Below, one piece after another: positions 40,308 through 51,312 of a DNA stretch of 64,000 bases. Every line of letters begins with the position of its first letter. Positions within the stretch are counted from its first letter, which is position 1. The stretch comes from Nitrospirota bacterium. Its GTDB lineage: Bacteria > Nitrospirota > UBA9217. A program made the position numbers and the translations under genes. The stretch is taken from contig CAVUHW010000006.1 of NCBI GenBank assembly GCA_963741205.1, positions 101,206 to 165,205 of the forward strand, written 5' to 3'. Under the pieces are notes generated by a model that saw only the letters and a program-made list of their open reading frames with translations, did not search any database and had not been told where the DNA came from.

Positions 40308-41919
40308 ATGAGGCGTCTTATATCACGTTTGTTGATTTGCTTTAGCATGGCCGCGGTCCTGATATCTTGCGGCGGTGGGGGTGGTGGCGGATCGACGCCG
40401 CCTCCGCCGGTGCCGTCCGTGACGGCAGTGAACGGCGGTCTTGCGGGCAGCGGCACGGTGGGGAGTCTTTTCGTCCTTGACGGTTCTGGTTTCGGGACCC
40501 TTGGGGCGCCGACAGCAGGGTATTCCGTTGATTTCAAGGATGCGGTGTCAGGGAACGTCATAGCTTCCGCACCCGTCAATTACGCGGCCGGAGACTGGAC
40601 AGATGCCTTCATCAAGGCAACGGTGCCGAACGGTCTCACCACGGCGACGACCTACAAGGTCTCGGTCACCACTGCGGGCGGGACGAGCAATACCGCGGAC
40701 TTCATGGTCGTGGCGAGCGTGGCATTCAGCCCGTCTACGATCCTTTGGTCCGCAGAGACAGCCACGCTCCCCGCTGCCGCGCAGGGCTTCCCGACGGTTA
40801 TTTCCACGCTCACATCGACAGTAACCACGACGAGCTATATCTACGTCCTGGGCGGGAATATCGCATCATCGGCAACGGTGACAAATGGCAAGGCATTGAA
40901 CACGGACGCCGTTTATATGAACCGGCTCGATAACTCCACGGGCGGGCTCGCGAGCGCGTGGACCGCAACCACGGCCCTGCCGGCAAAGCGCGGCTTTTCC
41001 GCGGCCGTCTTCGCGAACAAGTTCAACTCCTTTGCAGGCGGCAACGGCCATGTCTACGTCCTCGGCGGGCTTGACAGCCAGGGAACTGCAACAACAACGG
41101 TATATCACGCGGCAGTGAATGACGACGGCGGCCTCGGCGCTTGGGCCGAGACCACGGCCCTTCCGCAGGCGCTCTTCGCCCACGGAGCGGTCATTGTCAG
41201 GGGACGCATCTACGTGGCCGGCGGGAACGACGCGGCTGGAAATCCCGTCAAGACGGTCTATACCGCCAAAGTTAAGAGCGACGGAACACTCGAGGCCTGG
41301 ACGACGCTCCCCGACTTGCCCGAGGCGCGCGCCTATCATCAGTTCGTGACCGTGGCAGGATATCTTTACGTCATTGGCGGAGACAGCACGGCGGTCGCGC
41401 CCCTCGATAACAGCCTGAGCGCATCCTCGCAGGGGAACATTTACTACTGCTCAGATCAACCTGCTGGACGGTTCGCTCGTGAAAATGCATGGACGACGAA
41501 CTCAAGCGATGGGCAAAAGCCGGGAGAAATTCACGGCAACCGTTGCCGGGAGCTACATTCTTGTGAGCGGAGGTTTGTATAACGGAGCTTCTTCCGGGGC
41601 AACCGAGCAGCAGTATGCGACGATCAATTCGGACGGTTCCCTATCTCCTTTCGGTGGTGCAACGGGGAATCATACGATTACGGATTCTGTCGGAGGTTAT
41701 AATCCCTATAACCAGGCAAACGCCAACTTTGTCGATTCACACGGCAATCCCCACGTCATCATTCTGGGTGGTGCTGACGTCAGCACGGGTACGCCGCGGT
41801 CAAATATTTCCATCTGTGTCTCAGTAGAGTGCGAGTATTCGGGACATGTCCACTTCGCGAGGACGGTGAACAGGCCGTCCTCGCGTTTTTTTCTTGATTT
41901 CTTCCGGCTGATAGATTAG
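40308..41919 (+). CDS. Lipoprotein with IPT/TIG-like domain and Kelch repeats (frameshifted; 3' end uncertain)
   Basis: Lipobox LISC then poly-Gly; GSGFG ... W ... VP; repeated (I/V)YV(L/A/I)GG ... W ... LP..R Kelch units. Confidence 0.8.
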
Positions 41920-41953
41920 ATTATACCCGCTTCCACGCCGTATACCAAGCCGT

Positions 41954-42029
<76 letters not shown>

Positions 42030-42177
42030 AATTTCAATTTCCTCTTATTCAATCAATTTGTTCTCAAAGAAGTGCGCGCCTGAGTGTTCCCCATCCCCGA
42101 AATTTCCACTGATTATGAAGAAATGCACTCCCCCGCCAAGCCAGTACAGGTCGCCGAACTGGCTTTCGAACCAACCC

Positions 42178-42206
42178 TTGACAGGTCCATCGGATTGTAG
42201 TATGAT
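42178..42206 (+). promoter_or_regulatory. sigma70-type promoter
   Basis: TTGACA-N17-TATGAT upstream of PilZ-REC gene. Confidence 0.65.
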
Positions 42207-42278
42207 TAAAAAAAATAATAGTAAATACAAATAAAAATGTTTACATTAGGTCGTGGGTTGACTGGAAAGGGGAATAAA

Positions 42279-42959
42279 ATGGAAACCGAGAAGAGAAAAC
42301 AGAATCGAGCGACCCTGAGAGAAGACGTAATGATCAACGGTTCCCTGCGGGCCAGAGGACTCAATCTCAGTACCGGAGGGATTTACCTCCATACGGGCCG
42401 AAGTTTTAAGACCGGTACGATCGTGACTGTAACGCTTCCGCTGTATAACGTTATTATCAACATCCAAGCTCGCATCCAGCACGTTCAGGAGGGTATCGGC
42501 ATGGGGCTCAGGTTCGTGGACCCGACGCAGGAACAACTGGCGTCTATCAGGACGTACCTCACGGCCGCGGCGAACTATTTCCCGACCGGAAAGAAAAAGG
42601 TCATGATCGTCGATGACAATCCATCGACCGTTCGCATGCTGAAAGGCAGGCTCGTCCTGGACGGTTATACCGTCCTGGAGGCGAATGACGGCGTGGAAGC
42701 CCTTGCACTGCTGGAAAAAGAAGGCGCACAGCTGATGATTCTCGACCTTCAAATGGAAAGGCTTGACGGTTTAAAGGTCCTTTCCATTTTACGGCAGAAA
42801 CCGGAGTGGAAGAGCATCCCGGTTATCATTTACTCGGCCCGGAGCTCTGCCGCAGATGTGGAAAAGGCCAAGAATGCCGGAGCTACGGTATTCCTGTTTA
42901 AGATGACGACCTCTCCGGTTAAAGTCAGCGAACGGGTCAAGATGCTCCTGGCGAGTTAA
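42279..42959 (+). CDS. PilZ domain plus receiver domain protein
   Basis: RKQNR (RxxxR) and NLSTGG (NxSxxG); REC residues IVDD, ILD, YSA, K. Confidence 0.88.
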   Translation: METEKRKQNRATLREDVMINGSLRARGLNLSTGGIYLHTGRSFKTGTIVTVTLPLYNVIINIQARIQHVQEGIGMGLRFVDPTQEQLASIRTYLTAAANYFPTGKKKVMIVDDNPSTVRMLKGRLVLDGYTVLEANDGVEALALLEKEGAQLMILDLQMERLDGLKVLSILRQKPEWKSIPVIIYSARSSAADVEKAKNAGATVFLFKMTTSPVKVSERVKMLLAS

Positions 42960-43137
42960 TCGACTCGGTTGGAAAAACCGCCCGCCGAGGGGCGGACTCT
43001 CATCCCTCTCGATCGCAGATTTCATTCCTTCCGTTCGATCAGCCCGTTTCCCCCACTTCCGCACGATCAAATCCGGCATACGAAGATACCAATCCATTTA
43101 ATTGAACACTATTAAAATTGGTATTATCAAAAAAAAC

Positions 43138-43166
43138 TTGACAAGCAAAGAGAATTAGAGTACACT
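43138..43166 (+). promoter_or_regulatory. sigma70-type promoter
   Basis: TTGACA-N17-TACACT upstream of diguanylate cyclase. Confidence 0.6.
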
Positions 43167-43237
43167 GGGCATGTGCTGGAAAAGGCTTCTTGCGTCAGCT
43201 TCACGTTCTCGAATGCGTTCAAGGAACGAGGCCCAGT

Positions 43238-45286
43238 ATGATTACCTTCATTAAAAAGCGGCTCGAGCTGAAGATCGCCGTCGCCCTCGTCTTAGTCCTC
43301 GGAACCATCATCGGAATATTCACCATCATCGAAATTCGCACCATGCGGGCTGATACGATCAGGGCATCGGAGGAGAGTCTGGGGTCATTGTCGCGGATGG
43401 TCAAGGGGAGCGTGACGGCGGCCATGAAAGAGGGAAACCACCAGAATGTCCAGCGCATTATCGATGAGCTCCAGGACTCCTTCGCCGTCGACCGCATCAT
43501 GATCTACGATGAACAAGGTTTAGTCAGAAGGCGCACGCGGTCAGCAGCGAACACGGCCGAACATATCATGCCGGTTCCGACGCCGATCCTGGACGCGGTA
43601 GCCGGGGGAGATCAGTTCGAGGTCCGCGTCCGGGACGGAGTGTCCTATCTCACCTATTACGCTCCGATCGCAAATCAGCCGGAATGTTTCCGGTGTCACG
43701 ACAGCCGGAACAGACTCAACGGCATCGTCGGCATTGATTTCTCCCTTCAAGGCGTCGAGGCGCTCATCAAGTCGCGCCGGGACGGCATACTCATATGGGC
43801 TGCAATCATGGTCGCCGCTCTCATGGCCTCGCTCGTCTTGCTTTTGCGAGTCCTCATCCACCGCCCGGTCGGCGAGTTGAAAAAAGCCATGGCCGGAGTG
43901 GAGGACGAGGAGGGGCAATTCGTGATCACGACAACGGGAGAGGATGAGCTCTCCGAGCTCAAGCGCAGCTTTGTCAGCATGCTGCAAAGGGTCAACGCCC
44001 TGCACCGGGAAAACCTCGAACATGAGAAGCTGCTGGCCCGCAGCCAGGAGGCCGTGCGGTTTCGCAGCGAGCTTCAGGGCATGTTCGATGCCATGCCCGA
44101 CGGGGTTCTCCTTGTTGATCCGCAGTACAGGATCGTTCACAGTAACTCCCGCGCTCATGAACTGCTGCCGGGCCTGCAGGTAACCGGCGGCGCTATTCCT
44201 TCCGACGGCCCGGCCGACGAGGCCTGTCCGCACGGCGGCATCCATGCGGCGTTTCAGGACGCGGTGGCAAGCGATCACCAGTTCAGCGTGCCGCTTCCCG
44301 GCGGACAGATGCGTCATATTCACTCCCTCTGCGCGCCGATCGTGGAAGACGGCAAGGTTGTCTATGTCGTTGCGGTTATCCGCGATATTACGGAACGGGT
44401 CAAGATCGAGCGCGAGCTTGAAAAAAAAACCAGGGAATTGACCGCGGCGAACGAGGCATTAACCCACATAGCAATTGTCGACGGCCTCACCCAGGTTTTC
44501 AACCGCCGGCATTTTGACGAGTTGTTGATAAAGGAGTTAAAGCACTTCAACCGGGGAGAATATTCAGACCTCACGCTCATGATGATCGATATCGACGAAT
44601 TCAAGGAGATCAACGACACGCACGGCCACATCGCCGGAGATGCGATACTGAAGGAAATCGCCATGCTTATCAGGGGTAATATACGGGAAACGGACACCGC
44701 CGCGCGGTACGGGGGCGATGAATTCGTCGTGGTCATGCCGGGCGCAAACAGGGACAGCGCCGTCTCCAAAGCGGAAAAGATCAGGGGCCTGGTGGCAGGC
44801 AAGGAATTTCCCGGGCCTGACGGCCCGACAAGCGCCACAGTCAGCATCGGCATCGCCGCGTATTCGGCGGGCTCCCCGCGAGACCTCCTCCAGGCGGCAG
44901 ACCTGGCGCTCTACCGGGCCAAGCATGCGGGAAGAAATGGCGTGGTCGTGGACAGGCCCGAGGGAGCGGAGACCGGCCAGATAACTGAAAAAAGAGGACT
45001 AACACGTTTTGACTGCAACGCAACTATTGATTATGTCCTGGAGAGCGGCGCTCATGAAAAGGTACAGAAGGCAGTGATGACCGACATCAGCAACATCGGA
45101 TTCGGCGCCTACATCTACGGTCCCCTGCGAGTGGGGCAGGCGATCATCATCAAGAGCGCGCTGCCCGTGGACTATCAACGAGCGATCACTCTCTGGATCA
45201 AGGAGGAAAACGAAAGATTCTACAAGGCGGGGTTTTTATTCGACGCATGCTCCGCTTCTGCTTCCAGCGATCCGGCCGAAGATTGA
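43238..45286 (+). CDS. Membrane diguanylate cyclase: periplasmic c-heme sensor, HAMP, PAS, GGDEF, C-terminal PilZ-like
   Basis: Two TMs flanking CFRCH; HAMP (DELSEL..SF); PAS (FDAMPDGVLLVD..RDITER); RETD I-site and YGGDEF; tail RGLTR ... DISNIG. Confidence 0.88.
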   Translation: MITFIKKRLELKIAVALVLVLGTIIGIFTIIEIRTMRADTIRASEESLGSLSRMVKGSVTAAMKEGNHQNVQRIIDELQDSFAVDRIMIYDEQGLVRRRTRSAANTAEHIMPVPTPILDAVAGGDQFEVRVRDGVSYLTYYAPIANQPECFRCHDSRNRLNGIVGIDFSLQGVEALIKSRRDGILIWAAIMVAALMASLVLLLRVLIHRPVGELKKAMAGVEDEEGQFVITTTGEDELSELKRSFVSMLQRVNALHRENLEHEKLLARSQEAVRFRSELQGMFDAMPDGVLLVDPQYRIVHSNSRAHELLPGLQVTGGAIPSDGPADEACPHGGIHAAFQDAVASDHQFSVPLPGGQMRHIHSLCAPIVEDGKVVYVVAVIRDITERVKIERELEKKTRELTAANEALTHIAIVDGLTQVFNRRHFDELLIKELKHFNRGEYSDLTLMMIDIDEFKEINDTHGHIAGDAILKEIAMLIRGNIRETDTAARYGGDEFVVVMPGANRDSAVSKAEKIRGLVAGKEFPGPDGPTSATVSIGIAAYSAGSPRDLLQAADLALYRAKHAGRNGVVVDRPEGAETGQITEKRGLTRFDCNATIDYVLESGAHEKVQKAVMTDISNIGFGAYIYGPLRVGQAIIIKSALPVDYQRAITLWIKEENERFYKAGFLFDACSASASSDPAED

Positions 45287-45362
45287 TTTTATGAGCTGAC
45301 TTGAATTCTTTTTATCTCCCTGCTGATGCGATGAATGACCGGAGCCGCGGCTTTCTGCCGCG

Positions 45363-46012
45363 CTATGGGTTTATCAAGAAGCCGTTTGCCGGTGTTTCAA
45401 TGCCGGTGACGACGACACGCCTTCCTTCAATCTTAAGCCTTCCCTCTGCATAAAGCTGGATCGCGCGGGAATAGATCTTGTGCTCCTGCGCGAGGATGCG
45501 CGCTGACAGGCTGTCTTCGGTGTCGCTGTCCAGGACCGGCACCACTGCCTGGATGATGATCGGGCCCGTGTCCATGCCTTCGTCCACGAAGTGCACCGTG
45601 CAGCCGGAGAATTTGACGCCGTGCTCCAGCGCCGCCTTCTGGACGTGAAGGCCGGGAAAGGCCGGCAGGAGCGCCGGGTGGATGTTCAGGATCCGGTTCG
45701 GAAAGGCCCTGATGAGCGTTGGCGTGATGATGCGCATAAAGCCGGCAAGGCAGACGAGTTCCACATCATATTTCCGCAGTTCTCTTACGAGCAGGGCGTC
45801 ATACTCGTCCCGCCTTCCTTTATATCCCTTCGCGCTCACGTGCACCGCCGCGATGTTGTGTTTGCGCGCCCGTTCAAGGGCATAGGCGTCTGCCTGGTCG
45901 CTGATCACGACGGCGATTTCCGCGGCCAGGCTGCCGTTCTCGATGTTGTCGATGATCGCCTGGAGGTTGGAGCCGCGGCCGGAGACGAGGACGCCGAGTT
46001 TGATTTTTTCAT
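45363..46012 (-). CDS. purN: Phosphoribosylglycinamide formyltransferase (start shifted by a homopolymer indel)
   Basis: [50 protein letters not shown]. Confidence 0.95.
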
Positions 46013-46123
46013 GAACACTCTTCAAAGGGGGCGATGGAAAGTAGCAGGTAGCAAATAGCACGTAGCAAGGAATGAGCGTGCAAGATTTCCTTGTCCTCCT
46101 TGACCCTACTCTGACCCTTGACC

Positions 46124-47156
46124 CTATCTTTCCTCGTACTTCACTCCCTGCTTTCCCTTTACGATCTCCCCGATCAGGTAGGACTTTTCGCCGAGCTTCG
46201 CCGCTTTTTTCATGACCGCATCGACCTGTTTCTTCGGGACTGCGAGGACCATGCCGAGGCCCATGTTGAAGTCGCGGTACATCTCGGCGTCGTCCACCTG
46301 GGCCTTTTTCTGGATGAGTTTGAAGATCGGATGGACTTCCCAGACTCCCTTTCCTGATGCGGGCCTGCGTTCCCTTCGGAAGCATGCGGGGCGTGTTCTC
46401 GGTGATGCCTCCGCCCGTGATATGGGCCATGCCTCGGATGTCGAACTCCTTCACCAGGGCCATGATGGTCTTCGCGTAGATCCGTGTGGGCGTGAGCAGA
46501 ACCTCGCCGAGCGTCGTGTGGCCCAGTTCGGTCAGGATGTCCTCCACGCCGTAGCCCGCTTTTTCAAACAGGACCTTGCGGACGAGGGAAAAACCATTGC
46601 TGTGGAGCCCCGACGAAGCGAGCCCGACGAGGAGGTCTCCGGGCTTTATCTTCTTTCCGTCGATGATCTTCTTTTTCTCGACGGCGCCCACCGCGAAACC
46701 CGCGAGATCGTATTCGTCTTCGGCGTAGAACGACGGCATTTCCGCGGTCTCGCCGCCGATGAGCGCGCAGCCCGCCTGCTTGCAGCCCGCGGCGATGCCT
46801 TTGACGATGTCTGAATGCTCCAGTGGTTTGAGCTTGCCCGTGGCGAAGTAGTCGAGAAAAAAGAGCGGCTCTGCGCCGGAGACGATGATGTCATTGACGC
46901 ACATGGCCACGAGGTCGATGCCGACCGTGTCGTGCCTCTTCATCTGAAAGGCCACTTTCAGCTTGGTGCCCACGCCGTCGGTGCCGGACACGAGCACCGG
47001 CTCCTTGTACTTCCTGAGCGCGAAAAGCCCGCCGAAACCGCCGATGTGCGTCATGACCTCGGCCCGGAACGTGGATTTAACGTAGGGTTTGATCTTTTCG
47101 ACGAAGTGGTCGCCGGCGTCGATGTCAACGCCCGCGTCTTTATAAGTTATGGCCAT
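46124..47156 (-). CDS. purM: Phosphoribosylaminoimidazole synthetase (frameshift near 46345)
   Basis: [54 protein letters not shown]; FNMGLGM C-terminus in shifted frame ending 46124. Confidence 0.96.
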
Positions 47157-47242
47157 ACCGTTTCCCTTCTGATTTTTAGGCAATAGTGTCGTACCGGCCG
47201 ATGAAATCGAGGCCTACAGGCGACTGGACTTGTCGCCAGGTG

Positions 47243-47271
47243 AGAATATGATACTTTGCGTTATCTGTCAA
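47243..47271 (-). promoter_or_regulatory. sigma70-type promoter of purMN
   Basis: Minus strand TTGACA-N17-TATTCT. Confidence 0.6.
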
Positions 47272-47406
47272 GCCCGAATACACGGGATAACTCCGGAATT
47301 TAGTGCATAATTTAGCGAGAGTTTGTCGTGAAAATCCTTAAAAATTACGGGGAAAGCGATACAAAACATTGCATGATGGACAGATTTCAATCTATCCTCT
47401 ATCATC

Positions 47407-47434
47407 TTGACAGTTCCTGATTATCGGGTAGACT
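47407..47434 (+). promoter_or_regulatory. Candidate sigma70 promoter of nap operon
   Basis: TTGACA-N16-TAGACT. Confidence 0.45.
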
Positions 47435-47479
47435 TTACTTAGATTACGAGCCATAGCCGGGCGGATTATCACGGAGTCC

Positions 47480-47502
47480 GGTTATGACATCTCCGCACAG
47501 CG
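47480..47502. promoter_or_regulatory. Candidate ModE-type operator upstream of napA
   Basis: GGTTATG-N9-CACAGCG, 11/14 match with identical spacing to the palindrome CGTTATG-N9-CATAACG at 53630. Confidence 0.4.
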
Positions 47503-47605
47503 AACTTGATGATCCCGCAGGGTATGATCCTATCATACCTCGTTGATTTCAGGAACCTTTACAATAGGCGCATTTGGACGAGTGTTATATTCGGGAGGGG
47601 CAGCC

Positions 47606-50378
47606 ATGTCACTATCGAGAAGGGAATTCATGAAGACGACGGCGGCCGTTGCTGCCGCAACGGCGGTCGGGATGGCGGTGCCGGAAAAACTGCTCGCTGC
47701 CGCAAAGGAGGCCGAGGCGGGCTGGAGATGGGACAAATCCGTGTGCCGCTTCTGCGGAACAGGGTGCGGCATCATGGTGGCGACCAGGAACGACCGAATC
47801 GTGGCCGTGAAGGGCGACCCCGCTGCGCCGGTCAACATGGGCCTGAACTGCATCAAGGGCTACTTCAACGCCAAGATCATCTACGGCGCCGACCGGCTTA
47901 CCGAGCCGCTCATGCGCGTCAACGATAAAGGCGAGTTCGACAAGAAGGGCAAGTTCAAACCCGTTACGTGGAAAAAGGCCTTCGATGAGATGGCGAAGCA
48001 GTTTAAGAAATACTACAACCAACTCGGTCCTTCCGGCGTTGCCGTCTTCGGTTCCGGCCAGTATACCATCATGGAAGGCTACGCAGCCGCGAAGCTCATG
48101 AAGGCGGGCTTCCGTTCGAACAATATCGACCCGAACGCGAGACTGTGCATGGCCAGCGCCGTGGCCGGATTCATGGAGACCTTCGGCATCGACGAACCGG
48201 CCGGAAACTACGACGACATGCACTACTCCGACACGATCGTGCTCTGGGGCGCGAACATGGCGGAGGCGCACCCCGTGCTCTGGTCTAAAATCACCGACCG
48301 GAAGCTCGCGGACGCGAAACGGGTCAAGGTGGTGAACCTCACGACCTTTTCGAACCGGTGCTCGAACATCGCGGACATCGAGATCGTCATGAAACCGAAC
48401 ACCGACCTTGCAATCCAAAACTACATCCTCCGGGAGATCGTGTACAACCGGCCCCAGTGCATCGACTGGGACTTCGTGAATCAGAACTGCGTGTTCGCCA
48501 CCGGGTACGTGGATATCGGATACGGACTGAGGCCCAAGATCGACCATCCGAAGTACAAGAAGGAAGAGCTCGATACGGCGAGCAGGGAAGCCTTCAAGAT
48601 TATTACCAAGGACGAGGCCGCTGCCATGGCCACCCTGGGCTGCCAGGAGGGCGGCAAGATGGAGATGAAAAACGCGGCCAAGGCCGGCGTTCACTGGGCC
48701 ATCAGTTTCGAGGACTTTAAGAAGGGGCTTGAACCCTATACCCTCGACTTCGTGGCCGCTCTTGCCAAAGGCGACTCCTCGGAGCCGCTCGATGAGTTCA
48801 AGAAGAAGCTCGTCGCTCTCGCCGACCTCTACACGGAGAAGGACCGGAAGGTCGTGAGCTTCTGGACCATGGGCTTCAACCAGCATGTGCGCGGTACGTG
48901 GGTAAACGAACAGAATTACGCGATCCACCTCCTTCTCGGCAAACAATCCCAGCCCGGCAACGGCGGATTCAGCCTCACGGGCCAGCCTTCGGCCTGCGGC
49001 ACGGCGCGCGAGGTGGGGACTTTCTGCCACCGTCTCCCCGCGGACATGGTCGTGGCGAACCCGAAGCACCGGGCGGTTACCGAGAAGATCTGGAAGATCC
49101 CCGAGGGGACCTTGAACCCCGTCATGGGCTCGCACTTCATGAAGATCATGCGGGACCTCGAGGACGGTACGGTCAGGTGGGCGTGGGTGCAGGTGAACAA
49201 CCCCTGGCAGAACGCGTCGAACGCCAACCACTGGATCGCCGCGGCCCGCGAGATGGACAACTTCATTGTCGTCTCCGACGCATACCCGAGTATCTCGGCC
49301 AAGGTCGCGGACCTGATCCTGCCCGCTGCGATGATTTTCGAAAAGTGGGGGGCTTATGGAAACGCCGAGCGCCGCACCCAGCACTGGCGGCAGCAGGTGA
49401 CCCCGATCGGGAACTCCATGTCGGACACGTGGCAGACGGTCGAGTTCTCGAAGCGCTTCACCCTGGCAGAGGTGTGGAAGGAATGGAAGATCGACGAAAA
49501 GACCACACTGCCGGACGTCATCGGGAAAGCCCGCGATATGGGCTACACCGAGAAGACACGCTCTTTGACGTCCTGTTTGCCAACAAGGAGGCGCAGGGAT
49601 ATAAGTGGCCGGACCCGGTAGGGGCCGGGTTCCTGAACAGCGAGGCTGCAGGGGACAAGCGGAAGGTTGAAGGCTTTAAAGGATATGGTTTTTTCCTTCA
49701 GAAATACCTGTGGGAGGAGTACCGGAAGTTCGGCCTGGGCCACGGCCACGACCTTGCTGATTTCGACACCTACCACAAGGTTAGGGGCCTTCGCTGGCCG
49801 GTCGTGGACGGGAAGGAAACGCTGCTGGCGGTTTAATGCCGAGTACGACCCCTATGCGAAGGCGGCGAACCACGGCAAATTCGCCTTCTACGGAGACGCC
49901 ATGAAGGAGATCCCGAAGGGAGACCTTACGGGACCGAAGGGTGAGGAGAAGGTCAAACTTCCGAACCAGGCCAAGATCTTCCTGCGCCACTATATCGACC
50001 CGCCGGAAATACCGAGCGCTGATTATCCGCTCTGGCTTCAGACCGGCAGGGTGCTCGAACATTGGCATACGGGGACCATGACCATGCGCGTGCCTGAATT
50101 GTACCGGGCGGTTCCCGAGGCGCAGTGCTTCATGAATCCCGAAGGACGCGCAGGAAAGCAGCGTCAAGGACGGTGATTTGGTCTGGATCGAGTCCCGGCG
50201 CGGCAAGGTGAAGGCGCGGGTAGAGACCCGCGGCAGGAACCTGCCGCCCAAGGGCCTCATCTTCGTGCCCTTCTTCGACGAGCAGGTCCTGATCAACAAA
50301 GTGACGCTCGATGCCACGTGCCCGATCTCGAAGGAACCGGATTTCAAGAAGTGCGCGGTGAAGATTTATAAGGCATAG
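47606..50378 (+). CDS. napA: Periplasmic nitrate reductase catalytic subunit (frameshifts near 49555, 49825, 50140)
   Basis: Tat [15 protein letters not shown]...C 4Fe-4[10 protein letters not shown] (Mo ligand Cys), [47 protein letters not shown]. Confidence 0.97.
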
Positions 50379-50410
50379 GGCGGCCGGAGGCCGCATACGT
50401 CACGTTGATT

Positions 50411-50493
50411 GTCATACCCGCGAACGCGGGTATCCATTGGCTTTTATAAAAAAACCTCAACATGGATTCCCGATAAAATCATTCGGGAATGAC
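50411..50493. repeat. Family C double-hairpin element between napA and napG
   Basis: GTCATACCCGCGAACGCGGGTATCCA ... TGGATTCCCGA..TCGGGAATGAC. Confidence 0.85.
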
Positions 50494-50540
50494 TGTTTGG
50501 TTATTCTTGGTACAAACAAATATTCACTTGGACCTATGAC

Positions 50541-51311
50541 GTGTTGCGGAGAAACTTCATAAAAAGCCTCGGTCTCGCTTCTCTCGGCGGCCTGATCTGG
50601 TCAAGTTTCCTGTCCAGCAGGCAGGCGTATCCCATGATCCTGAGACCGCCGGGCGCGGTTGCGGAAGAAAAGTTTCTCGCACGGTGCACGAAGTGCGGCC
50701 TCTGCGTTGATGCTTGTCCGTATCAGATCGCTTTCGCTGGCGAGGCCTGGCGACGGCCAGCCGGTTGGAACGCCATTCTTCTCCATGAGGGAAAATCCCT
50801 GCAGGATGTGCCGGGACATCCCCTGCGCAGCCGCATGCCCCACCCGCGCGCTCGATGTAAGCCTCGTGAGCGACAAGGGCGGCGACGACAGGCCGGTCTC
50901 AATATCAACAAGGCCATGATCGGGCTTGCCGTGATCGACCGGGAGACCTGCATCGCCTATTGGGGCATCCAGTGCGATGCCTGCTACCGGACATGCCCGC
51001 TCATTGACAAGGCGATCACGGTCGAGTATGCGCGAAATGACCGCACCGGAAAGCATGCCATTCTCGCTCCGGTCGTCCACAGCGAGCACTGCACAGGCTG
51101 CGGAATGTGCGAGCATGCATGCGTGACGAAGAAGGCCTCGATCCTCGTTCTTCCGCGCGGGCTCGCCCAGGGGGAATCCAGCGACCGGTACGTCAGAGGC
51201 TGGAAAGAAGAGGATGAGAAGCGGATCGGGGAGGCCCCGGAGGAGACCAGGACCGTAACACCCCGCAGTGAAAAGAACGCCCTCGATTACCTGAACCGGG
51301 AGGGTCTGTAA
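50541..51311 (+). CDS. napG: Ferredoxin-type quinol dehydrogenase subunit (two compensating shifts)
   Basis: RRNF Tat-like leader, LRPPGA, CTKCGLCVDACPY, PC.MC.DIPC...CPT (alternate frame), CDACYRTCP, CTGCGMCEHAC. Confidence 0.92.
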   Translation: MLRRNFIKSLGLASLGGLIWSSFLSSRQAYPMILRPPGAVAEEKFLARCTKCGLCVDACPYQIAFAGEAWRRPAGWNAILLHEGKSLQDVPGHPLRSRMPHPRARCKPRERQGRRRQAGLNINKAMIGLAVIDRETCIAYWGIQCDACYRTCPLIDKAITVEYARNDRTGKHAILAPVVHSEHCTGCGMCEHACVTKKASILVLPRGLAQGESSDRYVRGWKEEDEKRIGEAPEETRTVTPRSEKNALDYLNREGL

Positions 51312-51312
51312 G

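Noticed and set aside
45363-47183. Apparent 606-aa PurM-PurN fusion ORF
   Set aside because: PurM's true C-terminus (FNMGLGM...YEER*) is in another frame ending at 46124 and purN has its own ATG at 46012; the fusion arises from indels reading through a repeat-containing gap
47612-49384. Long antisense ORFs (also 8670-10016, 11615-13168, 22996-24603, 59407-60852)
   Set aside because: Shadow ORFs expected opposite GC-rich genes; no recognisable motifs
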